The position numbers and the translations under genes were made by a program. The notes beneath the pieces are model-generated. The model saw only the letters and a program-made list of their open reading frames with translations, searched no databases and was not told the DNA's origin. Of a DNA stretch of 64,000 nucleotides, positions 35,548 to 45,154 are shown in pieces (positions within the stretch are counted from its first letter, which is position 1; each line of letters begins with the position of its first letter). Origin of the DNA: a bacterium (lineage in GTDB: Bacteria; Electryoneota; Electryoneia; Electryoneales; Electryoneaceae); NCBI GenBank assembly GCA_963675295.2, contig CAXXKJ010000002.1:1824001-1888000 (forward strand). The letters run 5' to 3'.

Positions 35548-38040
35548 CTACTTAATCAGTACAACTTTCTGCACCTCAGACCAGTCTTTTATGGAAGCAT
35601 GTACGAAATAGACTCCACCGGCTAGGCTTGACGCATCGAAATTCAATGTGTGTGTGCCAGCGGAGTAGGTGCCGGTTGCCAACTCAGCAACTTGCTGACC
35701 GTTCACGTTGTAGGCTACCACAGCAACTTTCGCCGTTTCCGGTAGTGAAATATTGATCGAAGTACTTGGATTGAACGGGTTTGGATAGGCTCGTGACATG
35801 GTGAACTTGTCAGGTAATACTGTTTCCTCCAAACCGGAGGTTATCCTCCCTCTCTCAAACGCTTCCCTGAAACCGTACGCTGTCCAATCGGTAGCACCAG
35901 CAGATGCAGTTACAGCCGACACTATCACGAATGGGAAATCATCCTGGGCAAGGATTCCGTTTGGATAAGATCCTGCCCGGATCCGGAAGGTGAATTCGCC
36001 CAATGGTGCACCCATCGGGATAGCCTGCCCAACTCCCAGCGCTTCAATACTGGCGCCAGGCATCATCGGAAAGTCATTGATCTGCCAGAGAGGGCCATAA
36101 GGGTTACCGTTGGGTAGAACGGCCTGGGTCCAAATGTCTACTTGAGTAAACGATGGTTGGTTATTAATAAGGTGCACGTCGTAGGAGAACACTCCACCTC
36201 GAGGAACGATCAATGGGTTATCGGCAGTAAGGTAGATTTCCAGCAACGGTGGCGGAGTGTAATCGAGAGTAAACAAATCGCTCTCAGCAAAGATGTTTCC
36301 ATCCAACACACTGGAAATCTTGATCATGTAGTTGTTGTCGAGTGGTCCTTGGGTCGGGATATCCCATGAATAAGAACCATCGCTCTCGGTGTTTTCAGCG
36401 ATCACTTGTTCGAGCGTAAGACCGTGGTAGAGCTCGATCTTCACATTTTCAGTCAGATTGTCCGTCCAGACGATATTGCGGGAGGTTCCCCGTTCCCAGA
36501 CTTCACCCGCAGACGGTGTGGTGATTTCCAGATTCGGGATGAATGCTTGATCGAAATAGAATGCTCCGATATCTGCGACGGTACCGTCCGGATCGGTGGG
36601 GCCAAGGGGATCGCCAGCATCAATGCACGGCGACGTTTCCTGAAGGTGATAATCTCCGTTGTTCGGATCAACATACTGTGGATCAAGGAAGATGTTGAAG
36701 TAGGCGTCGCACGAGTCACTGTTGGCATTAACGGCTATGAGAATACCGAGGTCAGGATCAATATCACCTCCCGGCCAAAAATCCCCATAGAGATTGTTAT
36801 AAAAATTGCAGTAGATGAATTCCGGGTTGTTTTCTCCAATATTGTGAACGCAAATGGCTTCCTCACCCAAATTGTCCGTAATAGTACAGTTAACGACAAT
36901 CGGGCTGCTATCGTACCAGCAAAATATCGCTGATCCATTATCATCTGCAAAATTCTCGATGATGTCACAGTTGCTGACAGTTGGATTGGATTCGTCATCA
37001 CAATAGATTCCCCCGCCGCGTTCTTCGGCAGAATTACCACTGATGGTACAGCGATTGATATTCGGGCTTGAATACCAAGCTTTTATTCCTCCACCATTTA
37101 GATCAGCTGTGTTATCACTGATGATGCAATCGCTGATCGTTGGGCTTGAGTAGTCGATCGATATCCCACCGCCATTGTAGTGAGTTGAATTACCGATGAT
37201 GTTACAGTTGGTTATCGTGGGATTACAATCGGGACCACTATAAATCCCACCGCCGCTGCTTGGTGCATAATTTCCGCTGATTGTACTGTTTGAAATTGTT
37301 GAGCTAGAACCGCTACTTGTGTATATCCCGCCACCTGTACCGTCAGCCACGTTTCCACTTATAGTACATTCGTTGATCGTGGGACTTGAATTATCGACGT
37401 AGAGCCCTGAATTATTACTACCAGAAACATAGCAGAATTCCAGGATGTCATCAGAATCCGAACCGCTGAAATAAATACCTCCCCATTCAGTAATACCTCC
37501 GTCATAGTTTGGTATGAATTTTATGCTGTCTGTTTCGGTACCCTGGCAGATCAAGGTTCTGTTCGATTCGACATTGAACCCATAGTTTCCGTCGAACATG
37601 AATATTGAACCGGGTTCGATTGTAAGGGTTTCTCCATTTACAATCGAAAGATCGCCTACAACGAGGTACTCTCCGCTGGTAAGTATTCCACTCAGAGGAC
37701 CAGATATTGGTGTTCCTGAAATGAAGAGCAAGGTTATATCCGAGAGCGTCTGCGGGTTGAAGAAATCCTGCCCAATGAGTTCATGGCCATAAAACCCATC
37801 ATGCGAAAAATAGACATCATATATTCCTGGAATAACATCAATCAGATAATCACCTGCAACTCCTGTATAAACTGAATCCCTCACCGCAGATGGTGATGCT
37901 TCCACGAATAGTACTTTTGTCCCGCTATGGTCGAGCTCACCTTCCAGATAGCAATATCCATCGACTAGGCTGGCTAAACCGCTCACTGTGGCAAAGAGAA
38001 TTACCAAGGCTGCCGAAAACAACCTGATTTGCGACTTCAT
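35548..38040 (-). CDS. Secreted right-handed beta-helix protein with Ig-like domains and T9SS-like CTD
   Basis: Signal peptide; SSPTIxxCxISGNxA..GGGI repeats; DYHL..TSPCIDAGDP; AYPNPFNP...GVYF...VVLIK; AT-rich. Confidence 0.87.
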   Translation of the reverse strand: MKSQIRLFSAALVILFATVSGLASLVDGYCYLEGELDHSGTKVLFVEASPSAVRDSVYTGVAGDYLIDVIPGIYDVYFSHDGFYGHELIGQDFFNPQTLSDITLLFISGTPISGPLSGILTSGEYLVVGDLSIVNGETLTIEPGSIFMFDGNYGFNVESNRTLICQGTETDSIKFIPNYDGGITEWGGIYFSGSDSDDILEFCYVSGSNNSGLYVDNSSPTINECTISGNVADGTGGGIYTSSGSSSTISNSTISGNYAPSSGGGIYSGPDCNPTITNCNIIGNSTHYNGGGISIDYSSPTISDCIISDNTADLNGGGIKAWYSSPNINRCTISGNSAEERGGGIYCDDESNPTVSNCDIIENFADDNGSAIFCWYDSSPIVVNCTITDNLGEEAICVHNIGENNPEFIYCNFYNNLYGDFWPGGDIDPDLGILIAVNANSDSCDAYFNIFLDPQYVDPNNGDYHLQETSPCIDAGDPLGPTDPDGTVADIGAFYFDQAFIPNLEITTPSAGEVWERGTSRNIVWTDNLTENVKIELYHGLTLEQVIAENTESDGSYSWDIPTQGPLDNNYMIKISSVLDGNIFAESDLFTLDYTPPPLLEIYLTADNPLIVPRGGVFSYDVHLINNQPSFTQVDIWTQAVLPNGNPYGPLWQINDFPMMPGASIEALGVGQAIPMGAPLGEFTFRIRAGSYPNGILAQDDFPFVIVSAVTASAGATDWTAYGFREAFERGRITSGLEETVLPDKFTMSRAYPNPFNPSTSINISLPETAKVAVVAYNVNGQQVAELATGTYSAGTHTLNFDASSLAGGVYFVHASIKDWSEVQKVVLIK

Positions 38041-38384
38041 GGTCCCCCCCCCCTAAAAATGCGAACATCTCAAGTGGACTAAATCACTCTAATCTCACTA
38101 AATCTATTACTCATATTTATGATTTGCAAAAGAATTCTGCAAGCTATGTTAAAAAATCAACTGAAAGGAGAGCCACAGCAGATTTAAATGGCTCAGACTA
38201 TAGATCTTGATAGATATCGATAGATGGAATAAATAGGGACAGACGTAGTTTAAGCGCACTATTAGTCACAAACACACCACGTATTTTGCATACCTGAGTA
38301 GCCCCATCTCTCCCTCCCGGCAGGTCTCGGCTGAGGCCCGTATATTCCGAGCCAACACAACGTTACCGGACGTGAAGCCACCCT

Positions 38385-39974
38385 ATGAACACGAATTCGC
38401 ACAGCCCGAAAGAGCCGTCTGTAGGCACCGTTTACCTCGTCGGCGCGGGGCCGGGGGACGCCGGCCTGATCACCCGTCGCGGCTACGATCTGCTGCACAA
38501 CCATGCCGATGTGGTGCTGGTGGACGCCCTCGTCGATCCGTCGTTGCTCGCGGAATTGCCCGCTCATGTGGAACGCAAGTATGTCGGCAAACGCGCCGGG
38601 CATCACGTGATGAAGCAGGACAAGATCCAGGAGCTGCTGGTCGAGACGGCAAAGGCGGGGAAGAATGTCGTCCGGCTCAAGGGTGGCGACCCGCTGGTCT
38701 TCGGGCGTGGTGGGGAAGAGGCGGTGGTGTTGCGGGAAGCGGGGATTCCGTATGAGATCGTGCCGGGTATCACGGCCGCGACCGCTGCGACGGCGTATTC
38801 CGGTATTCCGTTGACCTTTCGCCGCAAATCGTGTTATGCGGTCCTGTTCACCGCGAACGCCGCCCCGGCGCGTGAGGGCGAGTGTGGTGTGATTCCGTTG
38901 TCCGATTTCGCGAAGCTGAAGGACGGCACGCTGGTCGCCTACATGGGTGTGCGGGTGCTGGCGAAGGTCGCGGAGCAGCTGATCAAGGACGGCATGCCCG
39001 CCGATCAACCGGCTGCGGTGATCGAGCGTGGGGCGACTGGTGCGCAGAAGGTGGTGCGTGCGCCGCTCAGCGAACTGGCCGAGAAGGCGAAAGCGGAGAA
39101 TGTGAAGCCTCCGGCGTTGATCGTGATCGGCGAGGTGACCGAACTGCCCGACCAGATCGCATGGTATGAGCCGGGTCCGTTGGCGACGAAACGTGTGGTT
39201 GTCACCCGCCCGTCCGGCCAGGCGAAGGAGCTGGTGGACGGTCTGCGCGGGCTGGGCGCGGAGGTGCTGCACATCCCGGCGATCCGGTTCGAGGAACGGT
39301 TCAACCGGGAGGCGTGGGACGCCCTCCTGGTCGACGTTGACGCCCGTCAGCAGGCGTCACCGGGCCATGTCGGCTGGCTGGTGTTCACCAGCGAGAACGG
39401 TGTCCGGTTCTTCTTCGACGGGCTCCGGCGGATGGGGCGCGACATGCGGTTCGCCGGTCCGTTCAAGATCGCCGCGGTGGGTGTCGCGACCGGGGATGCA
39501 CTGGCGGTTTATGGCCTGACTGCGGATCTCGTGCCGCAGACCGCGACCGGCAAGGCACTGGGCGCGGAACTGGCGCAAGTTGCGACCAAGGGCGATCTGG
39601 TAATCCGGGTTCGTGGTGAGTTGGGCAATCCGGCGGTGGAGACGGCGTTGGCGAATGCGGAGGTGACAGTCAACCCGTTGACCGTGTACACCACGCTGGA
39701 CGCGTCGATCGACGAACTCGACCAGGCGTGGATGCACCAGAAGGACCCGGACTACGTCGTCTTTACCAGCGGTTCAACGTACCAGGCGTTCCGGCGGCAG
39801 TGGGGCGACGAAGAGGCGGACCGCATCCTCAATACGACGAAGATCGTTTCGATCGGCCCGGTGACCTCGTCGCTGATCCGTGGCATGGGCTACGACGTTA
39901 CGCTCGAGGCTGACCCGCACAACAACGCGGGGATACTCGAGGTGATGAAAGAGAAGTCAGCTGGATCGAAGTGA
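38385..39974 (+). CDS. cobA: Bifunctional uroporphyrinogen-III C-methyltransferase / uroporphyrinogen-III synthase (CobA-HemD)
   Basis: VYLVGAGPGD, YVGKRAG, VRLKGGDP.VFGRGGEE, VPGITA; HemD part VVVTRP, LVFTSENGV, FTSGS, SIGPVTS. Confidence 0.92.
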   Translation: MNTNSHSPKEPSVGTVYLVGAGPGDAGLITRRGYDLLHNHADVVLVDALVDPSLLAELPAHVERKYVGKRAGHHVMKQDKIQELLVETAKAGKNVVRLKGGDPLVFGRGGEEAVVLREAGIPYEIVPGITAATAATAYSGIPLTFRRKSCYAVLFTANAAPAREGECGVIPLSDFAKLKDGTLVAYMGVRVLAKVAEQLIKDGMPADQPAAVIERGATGAQKVVRAPLSELAEKAKAENVKPPALIVIGEVTELPDQIAWYEPGPLATKRVVVTRPSGQAKELVDGLRGLGAEVLHIPAIRFEERFNREAWDALLVDVDARQQASPGHVGWLVFTSENGVRFFFDGLRRMGRDMRFAGPFKIAAVGVATGDALAVYGLTADLVPQTATGKALGAELAQVATKGDLVIRVRGELGNPAVETALANAEVTVNPLTVYTTLDASIDELDQAWMHQKDPDYVVFTSGSTYQAFRRQWGDEEADRILNTTKIVSIGPVTSSLIRGMGYDVTLEADPHNNAGILEVMKEKSAGSK

Positions 39975-40006
39975 GGGGTCCCAAAGTTTCAACGTGTACG
40001 AAAACC

Positions 40007-40044
40007 GAACCGGGGACACTTGACGGAGCAAGTGTCCCCGGTTC
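40007..40044. repeat. GGGGACAC-family palindrome (REP-like)
   Basis: Core GGGGACACTTGACGGAGCAAGTGTCCCC is identical to 17057-17084; lies between convergent genes. Confidence 0.88.
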
Positions 40045-40060
40045 TTTCATACCTCACACC

Positions 40061-42391
40061 TTACTTCATGAAGACAATCTTCCGAGCCTGCGTTGAGCGT
40101 TCGTCGGAGATCAATGTCACGAAGTACACGCCACTGGCGAGATCCTCACCGTTGAAGCTGACACGGTGCTGCCCGGGCGACCGGACAGCGTCCAGCAATG
40201 TCGCGACACGCCGTCCGAGGATGTCGGTGACGGCAATCGTTGCATGTCCGCGCTGATCCAGCTGGAAGGGGATCATCACGGAGGCGTTAAACGGGTTCGG
40301 GTACGGTTCGCCGAGGCTGAAGGTCAGCGGTTGAGCCGATCCATCCAGTTGTTCCGGAGTTTCCAGGTAGAACGTGGTCATTTCATCGATCATTTGTTGC
40401 AGCCCGTCGAGGTAGTACCCCATGGCGTAGGTCATGGCGAGGTCTGCGCTTTCTCCCGGTTCAAGAACGAACGGGCCGCAGGAGAGCATCATTACATAAC
40501 AGTACGATGAATCGGGCGGTGCTTTGAACGCGCCCCCAGATGCTGGGTACGTTCCGCTTACGTAGGCGAATTTGTCCGCATCAATGTCTGGCGCTTCGTC
40601 AAAGGGCCACCATTGGAACGCTGCTGTTTCCGCTGGCCCGTCGAGGATCTTGATTCCGCCCACTCCCGGGACCCACCCGAATTCGAAGGTGTCGTCATAG
40701 GCGGTTTCTGAATCGTCACCATCCCACATGAACGCCAGCTGACGATCTGAATCGTACTCGCACAGATCATCGAGGCTGCCTTGGCGAACCAGTCCGTAGG
40801 ATCCAGCCATATTCATGTTGAACACCCAGGCGACGTACACGCTGTCGAGGGTATTGTCGGAGAAGTTGGTCAGAGTCTGTTCGACGAGGTGCGCCCCGGT
40901 CGGTCCATCACCTGCGGGATAAGCGGTCACCGTCTGTTCGATCTGGACTTCGAGCGGGCCATTTCCGCCCTGCACATCATCGTCAAAAGTACAGGAATAG
41001 GAATACTGTCCGTCGCCAAGCGTTGCGTACGTCACACCGGGACGTGAACCGCCGCCAACCGCAGTGGGGAGGAAATCATTGTCATAGCGTTCCGCTACCG
41101 AAACACGACGAATGGGGCCATCCTTGGCCGCAACCCAGACTCCACATTCCATGAAGTAAATCTTGTTGCTCCCGTTCGGAAATTCGCCGGAAACGTTTTC
41201 GGAATTCGGCTTGAAATACAGACCATGGTTGGAAACAGAGTTCACCAGAACCGGATCCGGCAGGGGTTGTTCTTCATTCGAGGGTGATGAACACACCAAC
41301 TGCAGGAGCTCGTTTCGACGGACGATGTCGAGCAAGCCGTCCCCATTCATATCCGCGATTTCGTGACTCGCGGTGTCTGTCAGCCTGCTGAATCCTTCCA
41401 TCGTGAAGTCAGCAGCGCCGTCGTTGATCAGCATGATCGGCGGAATTGTCGCCTGTACGACGTCGATATCACCATCAAGATCGATATCCACAAGCTTCGG
41501 ATGCTTTGAATTGATCCAGTTTTCGTCATTCCAGACGGGCTCAAACGTGAATTCCCCCGTCGCCTCGAACCATCCGAGACCTTCGGGCAGGTACCATGCC
41601 CCCAGAACGATATCGAGATCGCCATCCTGATCGAGATCGGCTGCCTCGACATTGGACGCCGATGTGCTGTACATCAGGTTGATCTGCAGGGTGTAAGCGG
41701 TGAAAGTATCGTCGCCATTATTGGCGAACACGCTGAACTTGTATTCTGACGGGTCGAAGTCATGGTGATTCACGATCAGGTCATTGTGGCCATCGTCATT
41801 GAGGTCGTAGACATTGACACAGAAGAATTGATCGTCCGACAGCAGGATGTGGTCGGTAAATGACACGTCACCATTGTTCTCCAGCCAGTGGATGGACCCT
41901 CGTGTCCCCTCGCTGACAAGACCCTCGTTGGAGACGATGATATCCAGATCCGAATCGAAGTCCCAGTCGACAATCACACAGGTTGTTCGCACGAGATAGT
42001 CATCGTCAAACAGGAAGATTTCCTCGAATTGCAGGTTACCTGTGTTGTGGAAGAGCGATACACGTTCACCCAGCTCAATGACCAGGTCGATCAGTCCGTC
42101 CTGGTCGACGTCTGCCGCGGTAAGCGCCAGAATGTCCAGGCTTGCAGGCAGCAGGGATTCACGACTGAAAGCGCCCGTGCCATCATTTCGCCACAGGTAC
42201 ACATCCTGATCTAGCGAAGAAGCATACACGCCGATGATATCGTTGTCACCATCGCCGTCGATATCGATGATCTGCATATCCTTGAAACCGGCATCCGCGT
42301 CGATGACAGTTTCCCACCAGTAGTCCTGAGCGATGGTGGATGTGGCAAGTACAAGAATCAGCAGGGGCAGGAATACGAAATAGCGGTTCAT
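40061..42391 (-). CDS. Secreted FG-GAP/VCBS-repeat beta-propeller protein with T9SS-like CTD (paralog B)
   Basis: Signal peptide; DxDxDGDxD repeats; EPYPNPFN...GVYF...IVFMK. Confidence 0.87.
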   Translation of the reverse strand: MNRYFVFLPLLILVLATSTIAQDYWWETVIDADAGFKDMQIIDIDGDGDNDIIGVYASSLDQDVYLWRNDGTGAFSRESLLPASLDILALTAADVDQDGLIDLVIELGERVSLFHNTGNLQFEEIFLFDDDYLVRTTCVIVDWDFDSDLDIIVSNEGLVSEGTRGSIHWLENNGDVSFTDHILLSDDQFFCVNVYDLNDDGHNDLIVNHHDFDPSEYKFSVFANNGDDTFTAYTLQINLMYSTSASNVEAADLDQDGDLDIVLGAWYLPEGLGWFEATGEFTFEPVWNDENWINSKHPKLVDIDLDGDIDVVQATIPPIMLINDGAADFTMEGFSRLTDTASHEIADMNGDGLLDIVRRNELLQLVCSSPSNEEQPLPDPVLVNSVSNHGLYFKPNSENVSGEFPNGSNKIYFMECGVWVAAKDGPIRRVSVAERYDNDFLPTAVGGGSRPGVTYATLGDGQYSYSCTFDDDVQGGNGPLEVQIEQTVTAYPAGDGPTGAHLVEQTLTNFSDNTLDSVYVAWVFNMNMAGSYGLVRQGSLDDLCEYDSDRQLAFMWDGDDSETAYDDTFEFGWVPGVGGIKILDGPAETAAFQWWPFDEAPDIDADKFAYVSGTYPASGGAFKAPPDSSYCYVMMLSCGPFVLEPGESADLAMTYAMGYYLDGLQQMIDEMTTFYLETPEQLDGSAQPLTFSLGEPYPNPFNASVMIPFQLDQRGHATIAVTDILGRRVATLLDAVRSPGQHRVSFNGEDLASGVYFVTLISDERSTQARKIVFMK

Positions 42392-42624
42392 AATTCGACT
42401 CCATCGTCTGTGACAACCACAGTTCCCGTTGGGGAGATGACAGATTAGCTGAAAGAAAGTACGTACTAATTCCCAAACTTCAATGGTTAGCTGCGGTTTT
42501 CTTTCAAAAAAGTATACAATACAGGAACGACCGGATTCACGTGAACTTGAACCCGGCCGTTATGCTATGCAGGATTCCCTGGGGTGAGCTCCCAGGAATC
42601 CGGTGATCCTCCAGTCGGGTCTTC

Positions 42625-44955
42625 TCACTTCATGAACACAACCTTACGAGCTTGAGTGGCACGTTCACCCGAGGTCAGCGTCACGAAGTACACGCCGCTG
42701 GCGAGATCCTCACCGTTGAAGCTGACACGGTACTGACCGGGCGACCGGACACCGTTCAGCAGTGTCGCGACACTCCGTCCGAGGATGTCGGTGACGGTGA
42801 TCGTTGCATGCCCGTGTTGATCCAGCTGGAACGGGATCATCACCGATGCGTTGAACGGATTCGGGTACGGTTCGCCGAGGCTGAAGGTCAGTGGTTGCGT
42901 GGTCACCGGCCGGGCTTCCGGCGCGCTGAGCCAGAAATTCTCCATCTCGGTGATAGTGTCGACGAGATCGTTCCAGCCATAGCCGACAGCGTAGGTCATT
43001 GTAAGGTCAACTCTTTCGCCGGGCATCAGGGTGAACGGGCCGGTGGTGATCAAGACACGGTAATCCCAGACGGTGTCCGGTTCCGCCTTGAACGCTCCAT
43101 CTGACCCGGGGTGAATTCCCGCCATGTACTGGAATTTCTCGAGGTCGGTAGCGGGGTCGCCGTCCCAATCCCACCACTGGAACGCGGCGGTTTCGGTCGG
43201 ACCGTCAAGCAGCTTGAGGCCGGCGTAGCCAGGAATCCAGCCGAACTCACCGGTGTCTTCCCACGGGCTCTGTGGATAATCAGAATCCCACATGTAAGCG
43301 ATTTGCGTGTCGGGATCGTAGGAACACATGTCATCAATGTGCGGCTGAGTCGGATCACCGTTCGGTCCCATCGCGATATCCATGTCGAACTTCCAGCCGG
43401 CGAACACGGAATCGAGCTGTGTACCGGACGTGTTGGTCAGAGTCTGTTGCACGAGATGTGCGCCGACCGGCCCTTGCCACGAACGTGGTGCGATCACGGA
43501 TTGATCGACCTGCAACCCCAACGGCGTGTGTCCGCCGACCGGTTCGAAATCGTCATAGCTGCACTCATACTGCCAGACACCATCGCCGAGGGTCACGTGC
43601 TCATGGTCAGGACGGCCTCCGCCGCCACTCTCACTCGGCTGGAATTCGTAGTTGCCGTAATCGGAATGGGAGACGTGGTGCTCGTCGCCAGTTTTCGCAC
43701 CAACCCAGAAATCACAGCCCCAGAAGTAGTAGATGCCGCTCCCTTTCGGAAACTCACCAGAGGGTAGAAGTTCGTTCGGTTCAGAATAACCGCCGAAGTT
43801 GGACACACTGTTGGCCAGCGCGAATTCCGTAATCGGTTGTTCAACAAAGGACCGTTTCGACCACACCAGCTCGTCGCAACGGGTCCCGTGCACGATATCG
43901 AGCGAACCGTCGCCGTCGAGATCCGCGACATCCGAGCAGAGGTTCGCAGAGAAGGTGCTGATGACCTCGGCGGTGAGATTACCCGAACCGTCGTTGATGT
44001 ACGCGGCGGTTGGCGCGCCTTGAAGGATCAGGTCGGGGTCGCCGTCCTCGTCGATGTCGGCGACACACGCCACGCTTTCAGAGATCCCCAATTCCGTGTA
44101 CTCTTGCGGGGTATAAGAGAATCCACCCTCTGCACGATACCACAGAGTGTAGTTGTAAGGGGTGGCGTAGAAATACGAGGGGACAAGATCCAGATCACCG
44201 TCCAGATCCATGTCCACACAATCGATCTGCACCCGATTGCTGCCGACTGCAAGAACATCGTGCGCGGTGAATGTGAAATCACCGTTATTCTCATAGGGAA
44301 CCAGATACAGGAAAGGATCGTCAAGTGATTGCTCAGCTGTGACCAGGTCTTTGTTTCCGTCGCCATCGAGATCCGCCACCGCAACACGCTCGAATGTTGC
44401 ATTGTCAAGCAGCTCATGAACAGCGAATTGACCACCGCCCGTAGCTTCGAGCCAGTACACCTCGCCACTACCAAGCGGAATCCCACCCCAGTCCGTAACC
44501 AGCAGATCGAGATCGGTGTCGTTGTCAAAGTCGGTGACGGTGAACGTGACCCGATATTCCAGTTCCGAAATCAGAGTGTGCGATTCAAACGTCAAGCCGC
44601 CGGTGTTCTCCAGCCAGAGGACGGAATCGTCCGCACGCACCGCAAGCAGATCCTGATCGCCATCCTGATCGAAGTCGATCACTTGCACATCGGTCAGGTT
44701 GTCCGGTAGGTTGCCCGGTGCATGCCGGACAAACACGGCGCTTCCGTCATTCTCCCACCACGTAACCCCGGCACCGAAAGAGGTCGAGTACGCGACAATA
44801 TCCGGGTCACCGTCCATGTCGAAATCGACGGCCTGCAGACCGTCAAGATCGGCAAATGTAGCGGAGATCTCAGTTTCCCACCAGTAATCCTGAGCGAAGC
44901 TGGATGCGGTAACAATGAGGAACAGAGCACAGAGAATGGTCAGCGAGCGAATCAT
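42625..44955 (-). CDS. Secreted FG-GAP/VCBS-repeat beta-propeller protein with T9SS-like CTD (paralog A)
   Basis: Signal peptide ...AQDYWWET shared with paralog B; DxDxDGDxD repeats; EPYPNPFN...VVFMK. Confidence 0.87.
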   Translation of the reverse strand: MIRSLTILCALFLIVTASSFAQDYWWETEISATFADLDGLQAVDFDMDGDPDIVAYSTSFGAGVTWWENDGSAVFVRHAPGNLPDNLTDVQVIDFDQDGDQDLLAVRADDSVLWLENTGGLTFESHTLISELEYRVTFTVTDFDNDTDLDLLVTDWGGIPLGSGEVYWLEATGGGQFAVHELLDNATFERVAVADLDGDGNKDLVTAEQSLDDPFLYLVPYENNGDFTFTAHDVLAVGSNRVQIDCVDMDLDGDLDLVPSYFYATPYNYTLWYRAEGGFSYTPQEYTELGISESVACVADIDEDGDPDLILQGAPTAAYINDGSGNLTAEVISTFSANLCSDVADLDGDGSLDIVHGTRCDELVWSKRSFVEQPITEFALANSVSNFGGYSEPNELLPSGEFPKGSGIYYFWGCDFWVGAKTGDEHHVSHSDYGNYEFQPSESGGGGRPDHEHVTLGDGVWQYECSYDDFEPVGGHTPLGLQVDQSVIAPRSWQGPVGAHLVQQTLTNTSGTQLDSVFAGWKFDMDIAMGPNGDPTQPHIDDMCSYDPDTQIAYMWDSDYPQSPWEDTGEFGWIPGYAGLKLLDGPTETAAFQWWDWDGDPATDLEKFQYMAGIHPGSDGAFKAEPDTVWDYRVLITTGPFTLMPGERVDLTMTYAVGYGWNDLVDTITEMENFWLSAPEARPVTTQPLTFSLGEPYPNPFNASVMIPFQLDQHGHATITVTDILGRSVATLLNGVRSPGQYRVSFNGEDLASGVYFVTLTSGERATQARKVVFMK

Positions 44956-45154
44956 TGTCATACCCCCACGGTTGACAAATCCAAGAAGCACTACCCGTCA
45001 ATTGAAAAAACAAGGTAAGGCAATTTGATTCATAAATCACGAGTTTGGCGAGGGTAACTGCATTTTTTGTCGACAGTTAAAAGCCCGCATTTGCAGAATC
45101 GCAAACACGGGCTCAAGATCTTTCACTCAGGACTCAGGACTCAGGACGATCCTC

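Noticed and set aside
40117-42897. Diversity-generating retroelement TR/VR pair suggested by near-identical 3' segments
   Set aside because: Both copies are coding, the mismatches are not adenine-specific, and there is no reverse transcriptase in the window
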